A stretch of DNA of 62,938 bases, the filler included, from Rhabdomonas costata (taxonomy: Eukaryota), in the NCBI GenBank assembly GCA_019059605.1. It is 48 parts of 48 records of this genome, joined end to end, with 100 filler letters (N's around TTAATTAATTAA, not from the genome) between each part and the next. Parts side by side here need not be neighbours in the genome. Positions count along the whole stretch, not along the records: positions 11,844 to 13,056 come from JAHMHO010023377.1; positions 13,157 to 14,368 come from JAHMHO010023378.1; positions 14,469 to 15,681 come from JAHMHO010023379.1; positions 15,782 to 16,994 come from JAHMHO010023380.1; positions 17,095 to 18,307 come from JAHMHO010023381.1; positions 18,408 to 19,620 come from JAHMHO010023382.1; positions 19,721 to 20,933 come from JAHMHO010023383.1; positions 21,034 to 22,245 come from JAHMHO010023384.1; 40 more parts are not named here. One strand, 5' to 3'. Below, in pieces: positions 12,500-25,400 of the stretch. Position numbers and translations under genes: made by a program. Each line of letters begins with the position of its first letter. Position 1 is the stretch's first letter. The notes under the pieces are model-generated. The model made no database searches. It had not been told where the DNA came from and saw nothing but the letters and a program-made list of their open reading frames with translations.

Positions 12500-13035
12500 T
12501 TCTCCACAGCGTATATCAACGCGCATCGCTCATCCTTGTCTTTGATGTTGAGGTTCATCTTCTTCTCCATAACTATGTCCAGGAGAATCCGGAACATCCC
12601 CACGCGGCCGAACTGGATGGAATACATGAGCGTAGTCTTGCCGTGGGCGTCCGCGATGCCGATGTCCGCCTGGGCCTCCAGGAGCGTCTTGAAGGCATCT
12701 TCCAGGCCGGTCATAATGGTGTGAATCAAGGGGGTCCTGCCCTCCTTGTCCGCCACGTTGACCTTGACGGGGAAGGTCGTCCTGGACATGAGGTCGTTGA
12801 ACACCACCACGACGCCCCTCTCAATGGCATGGACCACCGGGGTCTTCCCGTCATCGTCCTGAGCATTCGGGTCAACCGCACCTTTCACCAAAACATGGAT
12901 GCCCCTCTCGTCGTTGATGCGCAGCAGCGGAATCAGGGACAGGGCGTTGTGGAAGGGTTTCATGGCCAGCTCCTCCATCCCTTGCCGAGCCTCCTGCTCC
13001 GTCACTTCGTGCAATTCAAAGACCTTTTTCGATGC
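12500..13035 (-). CDS. Ankyrin-repeat protein exon (at least 4 repeats; 5' truncated)
   Basis: DPNAQDDDGKTPVVHA, VNVADKEGRTPLIHT, ADAHGKTTLMYS, LNIKDKDERCALIYA. GTGCGG donor. Confidence 0.9.
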
Positions 13036-13161
13036 ACACCCACACAACCAAACAACNNNNNNNNNNNNNNNNNNNNNNNNNNNNNNNNNNNNNNNNNNNN
13101 TTAATTAATTAANNNNNNNNNNNNNNNNNNNNNNNNNNNNNNNNNNNNNNNNNNNNTTTTT

Positions 13162-14233
13162 CGCCCGTTCCTCGCTCCGCCGTCCTTGTCATCGGGGAAG
13201 TCTGGGCCTCTGACGACAGTGTCCCCCTCCTTGGGCTGCGAGAGAGAGGGACGGGCGAAAAACCAAACAAAGCTCGCGAAACAGCACCCACCGACCACAG
13301 CACAGCGCCTGAAAACCATCACATCTCATAGAACGCCGCCGAAGGAAACCAAAATACAGACTAGCCACTCCGAGCACGTGAAATTTGTGGGAACTGGCAC
13401 CTCGGAAATTGTGTGTTGCGGACACTTCTGTACCATGAGATGCGTGGCATGCGTGGCAAGCCAAAGTTTCTTAAAATATCCCAGCAAATGTATGTCGTTG
13501 GTCGCGTGCTGTTTCCCTTTCCAAGTACGTTGAGAGTTTTTGCACATCTTTGAGAGTATACGGCTGGCCGAGAAAATTGGGACGCAGCGCTGAGGAAACT
13601 GCTTTGAATGGCTGTAGTGGGTGCAATGTGTGAGCATTCAAAACTTTCCAAAATTACGGTGAACAGGTCCCATACTGTACTGTTAGGAGGTGCACAATAG
13701 GCGCTTGGAAGAAGACTAAAAACCACTCTGATGTACTACAACCTCAGCCTGAAGATTCAACCCAAACGCACGCATGTGAATACATTCAGCGCAAGAATTA
13801 CAGAAAGGCACCACACATAGACCGTTTTTAATTCCAGAGCGACTCTAGTTCCATCAATACCATTGACTTTTGCCGAGCAGGTACACCAAACGGTCGTGTA
13901 TCCCAATGCGTGTGCGGCAACACTGCAGTGAGTAAAAGCTCCGTCTCGGTGACCATTCTTGAGAGTCTGGATTTTTCCCATGACAACCTTCTCACCACCG
14001 TGAGAGTCCGCACTTTGGGTTGGTACCCCTTCTGGTGCAAAGGTCGGTCAGTGACGGAGTGAAGTGAGAGTGGAGAAGAAGGGGACGGCTGCAGGGACCT
14101 GCACTGCGTGGGCAATCACCCCGGACTCCCGAAGGGCTTTCACCATCTCAACAATCGCTGGAGGGGCCTGCCTCCACTCGAGCTTCATTGCCTGCGCCAC
14201 CGCAATGTCGAAGGGGGTGCGCCCCGAGGAGTC
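13162..14233 (-). CDS. Ankyrin-end plus MIB/HERC2-like domain protein, exons 14233-14099 and 13235-13162
   Basis: DSSGRTPFDIAVAQAMK...HAVQ joins in phase 0 to PKEGDTVVRGPDFPDDKDGGARNG (compare MIB_HERC2 G.RVVRGPDW....DGG). AG/GT boundaries. Confidence 0.55.
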
Positions 14234-14468
14234 CTAGGAGTGCGCCCACACAAAAGGCAAGGAATGCACTCGCTGTCCGAAGAGGCGAAGCGGCTGGAGT
14301 GCTTATTTAAATCAACAGCGAGACACGATACTGCGGCAGGGAGAGCGCAAGACAAAAGACACAAAAACNNNNNNNNNNNNNNNNNNNNNNNNNNNNNNNN
14401 NNNNNNNNNNNNTTAATTAATTAANNNNNNNNNNNNNNNNNNNNNNNNNNNNNNNNNNNNNNNNNNNN

Positions 14469-15071
14469 TTTGTTTTTGCGGTCTTCCCTCCACCGACTTA
14501 TGTCCTCCAGGCCATCCTTGATAGCTGCCACAAGCAGCACGAAGCAGAGTGGCATGATCGTGGTGACGGGGCTGACCGGGGTCACACTGGGAAACAAGCT
14601 GACAATCATGTTCAGCAAAAAGTAGAAGTTGGACAGCCTCCGAAACTGCTCAAAGAGGTTCAGCGGTAGGAACGTGTAGACAGTGTACTTAGTGGTACTA
14701 ATGTAGTTTGTCGGAAACCTTCGTTTGTTGTCCTCTTGTGAATTTACAGTGAAGGTGATGGGAGCTGCCGGGAGGGTGGTTGGAGTCAAGGGCGGGTTCG
14801 GAGGAGGCTCACTCATGGGGACGTTAATGGTGGGTCTGGGGCATTCCGGCGAGGAAGTTTGATCTCCCTGAGTCGACGCGTGTTCCCCCTGAGTCGAACA
14901 GCTGTTGTTCAAATGCTCCGGCGCTCCGGGCAAGGCTGAGGGGGGCGCTCCGGGGAGAACCCCTGAGGAGGACACCCCACGCGGGTACACGTCTTCGGGA
15001 GGGATGATGGGACGAGAAATGCCCTCCGTGCTTCCATTGTTGGTCATAAACGGGGGAACAGGAGGATCCAT
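14469..15071 (-). CDS. P4-type ATPase (phospholipid flippase), N-terminus
   Basis: [35 protein letters not shown]...[26 protein letters not shown] is the diagnostic P4-ATPase N-terminal motif. ATG at 15071 follows a pyrimidine-rich AG. Confidence 0.95.
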
Positions 15072-16057
15072 GGAGACACACAAAAAAAAGAGTGAACAAT
15101 GTAGATATTGACAAACTCTGCAGCCAGAAAAGAGTTTGGAGGTGGTCTTCCCTCTACGGAAGCATTCCCTGCGGACACCCGGGGCAAATGCCAACTATGA
15201 ACACAACTGGGTGATTTTGAATTCGGGGAATTATCCAGCTGAAAACCCCACCAAAGCTTCGCCTGGAGACAAGAGAAGCAAAAGAACAACACTTCAGCGT
15301 GTGGCTCTTGAAACCCGACCGAAGTCCGAGATTCTAAGCAAATCACCCTTAGCTCAGAGAAACACTGCCGAGGGCCCTGCCTTGGGCGGGCTAAGTCTAT
15401 CGCCCCCCGCCTGCAGGGATATTTTAGCTCACCAAGGTCTTTCAAAACGCGATGGTGAACACCATCAGCATTTCGGGTCACCATCGCGTTTTAATCACTA
15501 TTATCTTCTTTTAATACCCAAATGCCAAATCTTTTGGGCATCGCAGAAGAAAAGCCACCACTTGCCTTCACTCTCGCGTGCTAATAACGCCAAAAGACTG
15601 CCGAAACTCTGCCTTGACCGGTCCCGCCCCCATGGGGGCAGGATCCTGGGGAACCGCATACTCACAATGTTCCAACCCAACNNNNNNNNNNNNNNNNNNN
15701 NNNNNNNNNNNNNNNNNNNNNNNNNTTAATTAATTAANNNNNNNNNNNNNNNNNNNNNNNNNNNNNNNNNNNNNNNNNNNNGGTTGTTTTCTTGCAGGCT
15801 TTGTCTGTAGTTTTTATTGCTGGTGGAGTGGATTAAGTAAGTTTAGGTCGCTATATTAATCAGGACTGGGCACCTGTGCCCTGGGGCTGATTAATATAGC
15901 GACCTAAACTTACTTAATCCACTCCACCAGCAATAAAAACTACAGACAAAGCCTGCAAGAAAATATCTGCGCCAGAAGAATACCCAAGACTTCAATCATT
16001 GAAAACGAAAAAGGCACATTTCCCGGTCCATCTCAACGTCACAACATCACGCAAGAC

Positions 16058-16078
16058 CTGAGAAGCCGTGTTTCCCAT
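16058..16078 (-). CDS. Possible first micro-exon MGNTASQ (N-myristoylation-like)
   Basis: Polypyrimidine tract plus AG 9 nt before ATG GGA AAC ACG GCT TCT CAG|GT. Fits MGxxxS. Confidence 0.3.
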
Positions 16079-17094
16079 TTTACACAACTTGTGGGAGGGG
16101 AAGAAGAACAAGAGGAGGCTTTCTGTGATGACACGAGAAGCAGTGCCCAGAAAGCCCCTCGTTAGTGGTTGGTGTCGCCACCGTCTTTCGAAAAACGAGC
16201 GCACCAATGGAGGCAATGGACGTGGCCCCAGCAGGCACAAAACTAAGCCAATACACAAAGCCAACCGTTGAACCAGCAAAATCAAGCATTCTTCTACACC
16301 TTTCCGTAAAGATGGCAGAACAGGACCTACAATTCAACAAGAGACAGCATGAAATCACGTGAAATCACACTTGCTTTCTTTCTCTGGGGGGGGGGGCAAC
16401 TTATGTTGCTGTGGTGACATTAGGAAATGCGTAGTTAACTCCAAGGGCCACACATGTGTCGACATGCGTCGACGATAGAAAACCAGGGTTGAAGTGAATG
16501 TAAAGGAGGCCTTTTAACTCCTTGTCCCAGAGTTCCCTCGCCGTGCAGTCACAGCTGTTGGAAAACCACGCCAGCTTCGTTAAATGATATCTCATCGCTG
16601 TGCTTATTCTTTCCGCAACCGTCGGGTTCTGTCACCAGAAAACACTCGAGAACAACTACAACAAACGACAACTACAACTACGACAATTACACGAGAACAT
16701 CACTAATCCATCGAACTGCAGATGTACGCAGACACCACAAGATTACCAAAATCAAGCGTGGGGGTCTGTCCCTGCCTCAACTGTACTATCAATGCATTTC
16801 AACAGAACTCAGGAAAACCCCACAACTCAACTGTCCAAGGCAACCCCGGGCGGCTGCGAATGAAGTTCAGTACCAACACCTTCGAAGAAGACTGGGAGTT
16901 AGGGGGAGGAAGGCATCCTACCCCACACACTCTCTAAAACTGTGCAACCTCAAGCACAGAAGCAAAGTAGAGACAATATCCCCAAAACAGAAGGNNNNNN
17001 NNNNNNNNNNNNNNNNNNNNNNNNNNNNNNNNNNNNNNTTAATTAATTAANNNNNNNNNNNNNNNNNNNNNNNNNNNNNNNNNNNNNNNNNNNN

Positions 17095-17732
17095 CGCGGT
17101 GCCCCTTTCCACGCACTCCTCCACGGCTGCCCCGGCGCGATGCGCGAAGGCCGCGGTGGCGCTGCACTTCCTGGAGTGGTGCCTCGCGAACACTTCCGCC
17201 CTCACCGTGGTACGCAGTCTGCCATGTGCCATTGGACAACAACTGCATTACGTTACACACTTTGGGACTTGCGTACCGATTAAGGTAGCATTAGGGGTCA
17301 GTGCAGCGACGCGGCCGGAGAAAACGGATTAGCCCGGGATGTGCCATGGGTGGAGGGGTTAAGCAAGAACGTTTGCTTTTGTCGTATAGTATACACTGGT
17401 AAGGTAACGTGTACTCCTACCACCAGCAGATAAAATGCGATAACCCCCCCAACCAACACATCTTCTTCTGATCCTCTTCGTCTTCTCCTGTGCCCATTTC
17501 CTGTTTTACCCCTTCCCCTGTCCTATGGCTTTTCACAGGCGCGTGGCCAGAACTTCGTTCCGGTCTTCAGCGACGCGACCGATGCGGTACGGGCCCTGCT
17601 TGCCACAGTGCGGTGCGACGGGGTGGTAATGGCCCCGCTGCCCACGCCTGCCACCCTCAATGTGGTGCCGATCGTCGTCCCGTGCGCTGTGGGGATCACC
17701 TTTCTGGTCGCCGTAGCCGTTTTCTTGTACAG
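17095..17732 (+). CDS. Single-pass receptor with PstS/PBP-like ectodomain end, exons 17095-17209 and 17539-17732
   Basis: CAKAAVALHFLEWCLANTSALTV|ARGQNFVPVFSDATDAVRALLATVRCDG resembles the PstS C-terminus (FL.W.L...A....YVPL...V...L..I). A hydrophobic TM segment follows (VVPIVVPCAVGITFLVAVAVFLYR). Confidence 0.55.
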
Positions 17733-18790
17733 GTGTGCGTCGGTTGATGTGTGCTTGCAAGAGCGGCGTGTGCGTCGTGTGTGCGTGGTTGTGTGCCTGC
17801 TCCGGTGCTTCTCTTTCCCGAGTTCATTGTCTTTGTTTTGGCTACTTACATAAAAATCAAACGGCGGCCGTTCGTGTGGTCTCGTAGGCTCTTGCGATTG
17901 TGTATGTTAAGAATGTCGAGGATGTTAGTTTGAGGGAATTGAGGAAAAATGTTCATTGTGGTTTTCCCTAAACACAACCGCAAAGAAGCCTGGGACTTCT
18001 CAATTGGTTCTTGTTGACCACCAAATAGAAGCACCCATTTGCTCAATATCCCATGAGGGGGCGATGTATGCAAAACAGATCCACAGTGATGTTGAACAGA
18101 ACTTCTTGCAGGTGGTCTGGAGGGTGAACTTCGGCATTTGAGCAGGTTTTGTGGGGATGGGAGCTGCTAGCGTATTGCCGCGTATATTTCAAAGAGGGCG
18201 CAAAAGGATGGTTATCGAACCCACTACCCCTGCGAGAAAGGGCCTTCGTCGTGATCAGTAGTTAGGGTTACGTCCATGGTAGGGGTAGTGGGTTCGACAA
18301 CCACCCCNNNNNNNNNNNNNNNNNNNNNNNNNNNNNNNNNNNNNNNNNNNNTTAATTAATTAANNNNNNNNNNNNNNNNNNNNNNNNNNNNNNNNNNNNN
18401 NNNNNNNTGTGGTTGGGATTAGCCTGACCTGTCGAGCGGTGGGAAGAGAGGAGCCGAACGATTCAAGCGCACTGTGATAATGCAGGGAATTGAAGGCCGT
18501 TGGTGCACCACGCTCAGGTTGTGCCGTGCTCCTTATGGGTGCCATCCATATCCTATAACGGGCCATTTGCCCCATTGCCGCCCTGTTACTGTGTGGTGTG
18601 GCTGGCTGTTCGGTGGCATAAGCCCGCTTGCGTTTTCCCAGTTGACGTCTTTCTTTGCGCAACTTTTGCGTTTTGCGCCCTGAAAACTGCCGGCTTCCCG
18701 TCTGCCTGTGCAGTCCAGTGGACTTTGGTCCTGGGTGATGCTCTATCAACTATCACTGATTTTCAAGTGGCCATCTGCTCTGGTGTGCAG

Positions 18791-19343
18791 AAAGTGCCGG
18801 CTGGGGCTTCGGCGGCAACTACAACTCCTCCTACGCCACGCTGGTGCCTGGGTGGCACCACGTCGGCCTCGCGGTGTACCCCACGGAGGTCCACTTCGAG
18901 GTGGACGGGGTAGTGGTGGTGCAGCCATCAGCAAACTCCCCCATGCCCAGTACTCCAGTAGCGCTGGTGGTGGGAAAGTACGTCTCTGGGTTTGACGACA
19001 ACTCCATCTCTGTGGATGACTCGATCAGCTTTCGCGGGTTCTGTTTACCTTTTCGCCCTGCTTTGACAGCTCACCGTGCAGTTCTGCGGTTGGGCGTGGG
19101 TCAACCTCTCTTTAATCTGCACGGGCTGGTGGGGTGGAATGAGGGTATGCCCTTCGTTTGTTCTTTCGTGGCGCCCGGTCGTTCATGCGTGGAATGCATT
19201 GATATGGCTATCGAGCCATATACCTTAACTCTAACTTGAGGTTTTCTTTTGTTTGTTTTTTATTTTTGCAGGTTTTTGGATGAGCTCCGGATATGGTCGA
19301 TTGCCGTTCCCGACGACCAGCTGGTTGGACGGATGAGCATCAG
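18791..19343 (+). CDS. LamG/concanavalin-like jelly-roll domain protein, exons 18791-19037 and 19272-19343
   Basis: GWHHVGLAV...FEVDG...LVVG...SFRG|FLDELRIWS. Splicing restores the F.G.LDELRIW signature. Confidence 0.8.
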
Positions 19344-20227
19344 GTTCAGTGCCCAGCGAGCTCTTGTTGTGCAATGTTACAAGCACGAACGTATTCCCTT
19401 TTTTGCGAGGTCTCTTTTCCACCGTGACTTGTTCCACTGGAAAAAGTGGTTCATGCTACCACTGCGACCTGTACTGTGTCGTGGAAAACGGTGGTTCATG
19501 ATGTTATGTTTTTTCGGCGAACCTTCGGCTATCCACCCCCCCTCTCTCTACTCCGGCGATCCACACACTCCTCACGAGGACTCCAGCTATCCACCCCAAC
19601 CCCCCACCCACACCCACCACNNNNNNNNNNNNNNNNNNNNNNNNNNNNNNNNNNNNNNNNNNNNTTAATTAATTAANNNNNNNNNNNNNNNNNNNNNNNN
19701 NNNNNNNNNNNNNNNNNNNNTGTTGTGCGTGTGTATGTGTGGGTGTGTTATGGGGTTCTTTTTGACCCACGGTCTTGGATCAGTTTTTTTGAGCAGATGT
19801 CTGATCGGGTCGGTTTCACAAAGCACAGGTTAACTTTTCCCTTGGTGGTCGAGCATATGTGATTTCAACTCCTTACGCAGGATTTTTTGCACCTTGCAAA
19901 ACTCGATTGAAAACACGGTCATCACTGCGGCAACATGGACAATAATTTGCGTTCTCGCATGTGCGGAACCTCGCCTGGTGTCATTCCTCCGGTGTTAAGG
20001 CTGACTACTCTGGAATGTTTCGAAAACAGTCTACTTTACCTGAAGATGACCCTTATATCATGTTGCCTCCCGCATTTCGACTATTTTGCACCATTGCCTG
20101 ATTTTTGCCCATTTCAAAGCAACTTCGTTACCCTTTGGGGCCCAAATATTGAGAGGAGAACGAAGGCACTCAGTTTCTGAATGATCGGCTCTTTTTTTTT
20201 TCATATTGTCAATCATCTAGTTTTTCC

Positions 20228-20608
20228 GGTCCGATGCATTCTTTTTTGGGGGGGTTACACGTTTAACAACGTTAAACGTTGTTACAAAATTGTACATTCG
20301 TATCGGAGTACCTTTCCTCGGTATTTCTGGTGTCTTAGAGGCTGACTTTGGTGAATTTGCCCGGGAACGGCGATGAACGGCTCCCAGGAGTTGCCTAGCG
20401 AAAGGGACAGGATTGTTTTAGTGGCGAAGGCGAGCCGCACGGCGCGGCTGGAGCGGGCGGCTGAGGCGGGAACGTTGCCTGGGGGGACTAGGGGCCGCAA
20501 AAGCGACACATCATGACCGAGTCTAACAGCTCTGAACCTTATCGCTTAACGACGTTAAACGGTTTAACGTCGTTAAATCGTTTAACCCCTCCCCCAATGT
20601 ATCGGACC
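20228..20608. mobile_element. MITE-like element with long imperfect TIRs rich in CGTTAAAC/GTTTAAC motifs
   Basis: The left end GGTCCGATGCATT..GGGGGGGTTACACGTTTAACAACGTTAAAC mirrors the reverse complement of the right end, GGTCCGATACATTGGGGGAGGGGTTAAACGATTTAACGACGTTAAAC. Confidence 0.65.
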
Positions 20609-22362
20609 CAAGTTTCCAGATATTTCCAAATGCTCTCAATTGGATGCCAGGGAAATGAGTGAATCAACATTTTCGCAGGTTCGCGTTCATTTTTTCTCCA
20701 CAATGTCCTCAAAATCGGGCGAAATGTCACTAGTTTGGGATGAGGAGATCCTGCCGAGTCATTCGTATGACGATGACCTGCCTACTTCCTCGGCTGAACC
20801 TCTCCCTTCCGAGCAAAAGACAACATCTGCTGCGCAACTTACAAAAGAAAGTTGTGGTAATTTAAGCCCTAAATTATCTTCCATGATGGTCGGCGCTGCG
20901 AAGAATCAGAGCTCCTCAAAGTGACCCACCACANNNNNNNNNNNNNNNNNNNNNNNNNNNNNNNNNNNNNNNNNNNNTTAATTAATTAANNNNNNNNNNN
21001 NNNNNNNNNNNNNNNNNNNNNNNNNNNNNNNNNGTGTTGTGGTTTTTGAGAGAAAACAGGTCTGAAAGTTGCGACCAGAACTCGATTTCCTTGCCTAAAG
21101 CCCTCGGCACTTAACCAAACAAATGTCCAGGAATCAGAAACGCGCTGTGACTCGATGGCAGGTGCCTCCCCCTTCACGACTAATCGAGTTCTGGTCGCAA
21201 CTTTCAGACCTGTTTTCTCTCAAAAACCGCCTGCCCAAAAGCCCTGCTCAGCCTCAGATGGGCAATAAGCTGAAAGTCGACCAAATCAACTCTGGGGTAA
21301 GGTCAAGGTCTCGTCATTAGATTACTGGACCCGAGCATTCAGGCTGGGCATTACGGTTCCCATAATCACAACCAGACACACTGGGAGTTATTCAGCTGTG
21401 AGGACTTTCATTTGAAAACCGTTTTGGTCGTTTGGTGTGGGAGCTCGCTTTGTCTGTAACCTTCTGCAAAGAAATCTTTTTTACCCTATGAAAATATGTA
21501 GGAACGTAGCTGTCTCTGGTGGAGTACGTAGTACGTGGAGATGAGCGAGGCCCATAGTTGCGGTTTGGCCTGGAAGGCAGGATGACATCCTCGTCCGTAC
21601 ACAATCCCCGCCAAGTATCTCAGACTACAACAGAACTCCCCTGGTCCACTGCACAGCCATCCCCATCTGTTCAAACTTCACAATCAGGATACGCGCACTT
21701 AGTCGGGAAAAAATTGGGGGGCTACTGCATTTCTTAGGAGGGGATGGGGCATTATATGCGCTTAGCACTGCACAAGAACAACATAAACCGGAAAAAAAAA
21801 CAGCAAAAATAAACCCCCGTTGTTAAACCAACTGCATTTAGAGGTAGCTGACAGAGTTTTCCTGACCCCCCACCCCACCGAACGGAAAAAAAACTTTGCT
21901 AAAAAAATACGGTTCAGCAGTGCAAGCGGCAGGCCGAGCACAGCCCACACGACGGAACAGCCCAACACAACCGCTCGCTTCGGCAACACCGCGGATTGAC
22001 CAAAACCCGAAAAAATTCTCCGCCGCTCCTCCAAAAAATTCCAAGCAACGAGATGTCCACAGTCGAAAAAATGCCCAAAACGTTTGCTGCACACCCCCAC
22101 CCCCAGCTCAACCCATATACACTTGTTGTAAAGTGGTAGGTCTCGTTACGAGACGATGCCTACACATTAAAAATGGCGAATAATTCGGTTATACGTGATC
22201 GAGGGCGAAGCCGGAGCTTCTGTTTGTACTTTGCATGGAATTCTGNNNNNNNNNNNNNNNNNNNNNNNNNNNNNNNNNNNNNNNNNNNNTTAATTAATTA
22301 ANNNNNNNNNNNNNNNNNNNNNNNNNNNNNNNNNNNNNNNNNNNNGTGTTGGTGGCGAGTGT

Positions 22363-22408
22363 GAGTGAGTGAGTGAGTGAGTGAGTGAGTGAGTGAGTGA
22401 GTGAGTGA
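22363..22408. repeat. (GAGT)n microsatellite
   Basis: Directly visible. Confidence 0.95.
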
Positions 22409-25400
22409 ATCTGTGTGAGTATTTGATGAGCCTGTTGACTTTTTCCACCTAACAATGAATTGCTCACAACAACCAACAACTGCTGCAAACGTAGCGGGTC
22501 GGGCGTCCAAATGGTCCCCAAGAGTGGTGGAGGGAAGGGGGTTCGGTTGCTATGCGCCTTCGCAGGGCACATGTTGTTTGAACCAAATTGTTTTTTCGTG
22601 CGAAGTTGAAGGAAAGTCAGCGGAGGTCCGAGGCACGGCAGACGGATCACACACTTCTGGTCGTGTTCATTGAGCCGGACGGAGGTCAGGTGGGGGGTGT
22701 ACAGCAGGGCGTCTGGGGGGAGCTGAATCGCCTCGCCCAGGGCGGTAATCTGCTCGTGAACCCCCCCCCCACATACATCCCCCTTGAGTTAAGCCATGTG
22801 AAAGAATTACAGAAATGTTCACTGCAAACATGTGATTTTTGGTTTTGGAGTTTAGAAAACGCATCTCATCAATTCAAATCTTATAAATAATTTAGATCTC
22901 TGAGATTTACGACCGGCCTGTTACTGAGCATTGGGGACGAGATTTGGTTCAGGGTACGGAGACATGTGCCTTGGGGGCAGCCCACGGTGCATCCGAAGCT
23001 GAGATGAAAACGTGGCCTTAGCCCTGAGCCTGAAAACGCAGGACATGACGATCCTATTTCTCACGTGGTAATATCGTCATTTCTGGTTCTCAGGCGCAGA
23101 CACGGCCTGCAAACGGGAACTTTGTCATTCTTTCTTTTCTTCACGTGGAGGGGGAACAATCATAGAGTTGGGAAGCCAACAAAAGTGCGGGGCAGGAAGA
23201 GGGGTGGGGACGGCACACCGCCGCTGTGTCCATCTCCGCAGCGGTCCACACTCGGAGGCGGAGGCGGCCCGCCGCACCCCCACCGGAGGTGACCTTCAGC
23301 TCAGCTCCGTTGAGCACCGCCGCGGAGGCCTCCAGCTGCTCCCCCACGAGCATCAGCGCGGCGTTCAGGAACTTCCCTAGGGCCTCTTCCCCCGCCACGA
23401 AGGCCGAGAAGTGGCCCCCATTGATGTTCGCTGGGTTGGGGGCACATCACGGGCGGCAGAAGTGCTTCCACCTCAGGTATTATACCTCAGATACCTCAGG
23501 TATTATATGGTAGGCTTCACGTAAACTGAGACTGTTGTCAGAGCAGTTAAAACACACAANNNNNNNNNNNNNNNNNNNNNNNNNNNNNNNNNNNNNNNNN
23601 NNNTTAATTAATTAANNNNNNNNNNNNNNNNNNNNNNNNNNNNNNNNNNNNNNNNNNNNATTCGTTCGATCGGGAAATTGAACCCGAAGTTGAGTTCCTG
23701 CGAATCAAGTCAGTGAAAGCAGGGTTTTCCGACCAGAATGCCGACTTCCTTTTCCGGCGATTTTCAGTCTTGTGCACGAGTTGGAAGCGGGCGTATCCCC
23801 ATTGCTATTACAACGTGCACAAAATAATGGCACCGCTGCGCATTCTGAGAAGAATTCAATCACGCTGTGACAACCTGTGCTGGTGGCTTCGGGTTGGAAA
23901 CATGGGAAAAATTCAAAGACCTTGGAGGTGACACGTGTCTCGAGGTCTAACCGCGTGTAATTGTTGATCCAAATCACAGAGAAGACACAAAAAACACTTG
24001 AAAACAGCGGTGTTTCTTTGTAGTTAGGGCAAAATTCCATCACGCCCATTGCTACTGGCCACTTTGATGCCGGGAGGTTTTATCGCAAATGAATGCAATG
24101 AATCAGTGCAAGACACTGATCACATAACCATGCGACAAAGTGATGCAGACTGCACCATGCCGACGCAAGCAACGACATCTTCGGCCTCGGTACAATTGGG
24201 GACAATTGGAATGCACATTACCAGTACAAACTTGCCCTGAGTCCGGCCCAGTCCGGGCCGAGCTGAGCTCAGGTGAGGTCAGCGGTGGTGCCTGTGGTGG
24301 TGACCACGGCCACGTGCCTGTCGCTTGTACACATCCACATAACCCTTGAAGGGCATTCCCTTCCAGAACCGCAAGAGGCCCGCGCAGTAGTCACAGAAGT
24401 AAATCGCCGCGGTAAGTTGAGCCTCATCAATGGAGACCAGGCCCTCGCTGCATCAACCGTGCAAAACGTACAGGGAAAAGGGCAGTCGCACGGGGCGGGA
24501 CGAAACAACGACAAACAAGAACGTGTCTTCATGCCGTCCCGTCCATTCGAACAGTGTGATGTCCTTGATTGGGAATCTGGACGGATGACTTTTTGGAGAA
24601 AACAAAGCGGAAGGGCAAGTGCTGGAGAAAACAATTGTTGCAGCTACCGAGATCCCTCTTTAGTTTAAAAACCTCAGTAACGACAGGAAGGCATGGGAAT
24701 TCTTACCCTCCCCACCCCCAACAAAGGTCAAAGGACATCACCAACATCCAAAGAAATTATCGAACAAAACCTTCTGACGACACCCGGAGGAGCTAGTAGA
24801 GGAGTGTAGCACAGTCCCTGGGCCATGCTGGCATTCATCACGGCGTGATCCCACTCTCCGTACCCGAAGGCCNNNNNNNNNNNNNNNNNNNNNNNNNNNN
24901 NNNNNNNNNNNNNNNNTTAATTAATTAANNNNNNNNNNNNNNNNNNNNNNNNNNNNNNNNNNNNNNNNNNNNGTTTTGTGTTCTTTTTTTCTTCTCGGTC
25001 TCTACCACTTTCTCTTCAGTTTCTGCCTGATCTGCAGCGTGGCTCCTTGTAGAAATGCCTGGATGGTGCCACGTGGCTACATACCATACCGAAGTGTCTT
25101 CACTTACCCTGGGCCAACTTGGCTCTTTTTTTTTTAGGGTTTTCAGGTTGAATACTCTGAACCCCTTACATGGCAAGCCCCGCGGCAGAGCGCCCGATGG
25201 GCACACCGCTGCCCTGAACAACTCATTTCACTGAGTTCCCTGTAATAGGGGCTGTACCAAAGGGTCCTTTCTGCATATCTCCTCTTGGATGGCCTTCCAA
25301 TGACCGCTTGCCATTTTTTGCGTTTGAGCATTGTGTTCTGCTCTGTTTGTTTCTTTCTGCTTGGTTCTCAACACTCAGCACCCCCACTTCCCTCTCTTTC

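Noticed and set aside
12472..13104. 210-aa plus-strand ORF
   Set aside because: It is the antisense shadow of the GC3-rich ankyrin exon.
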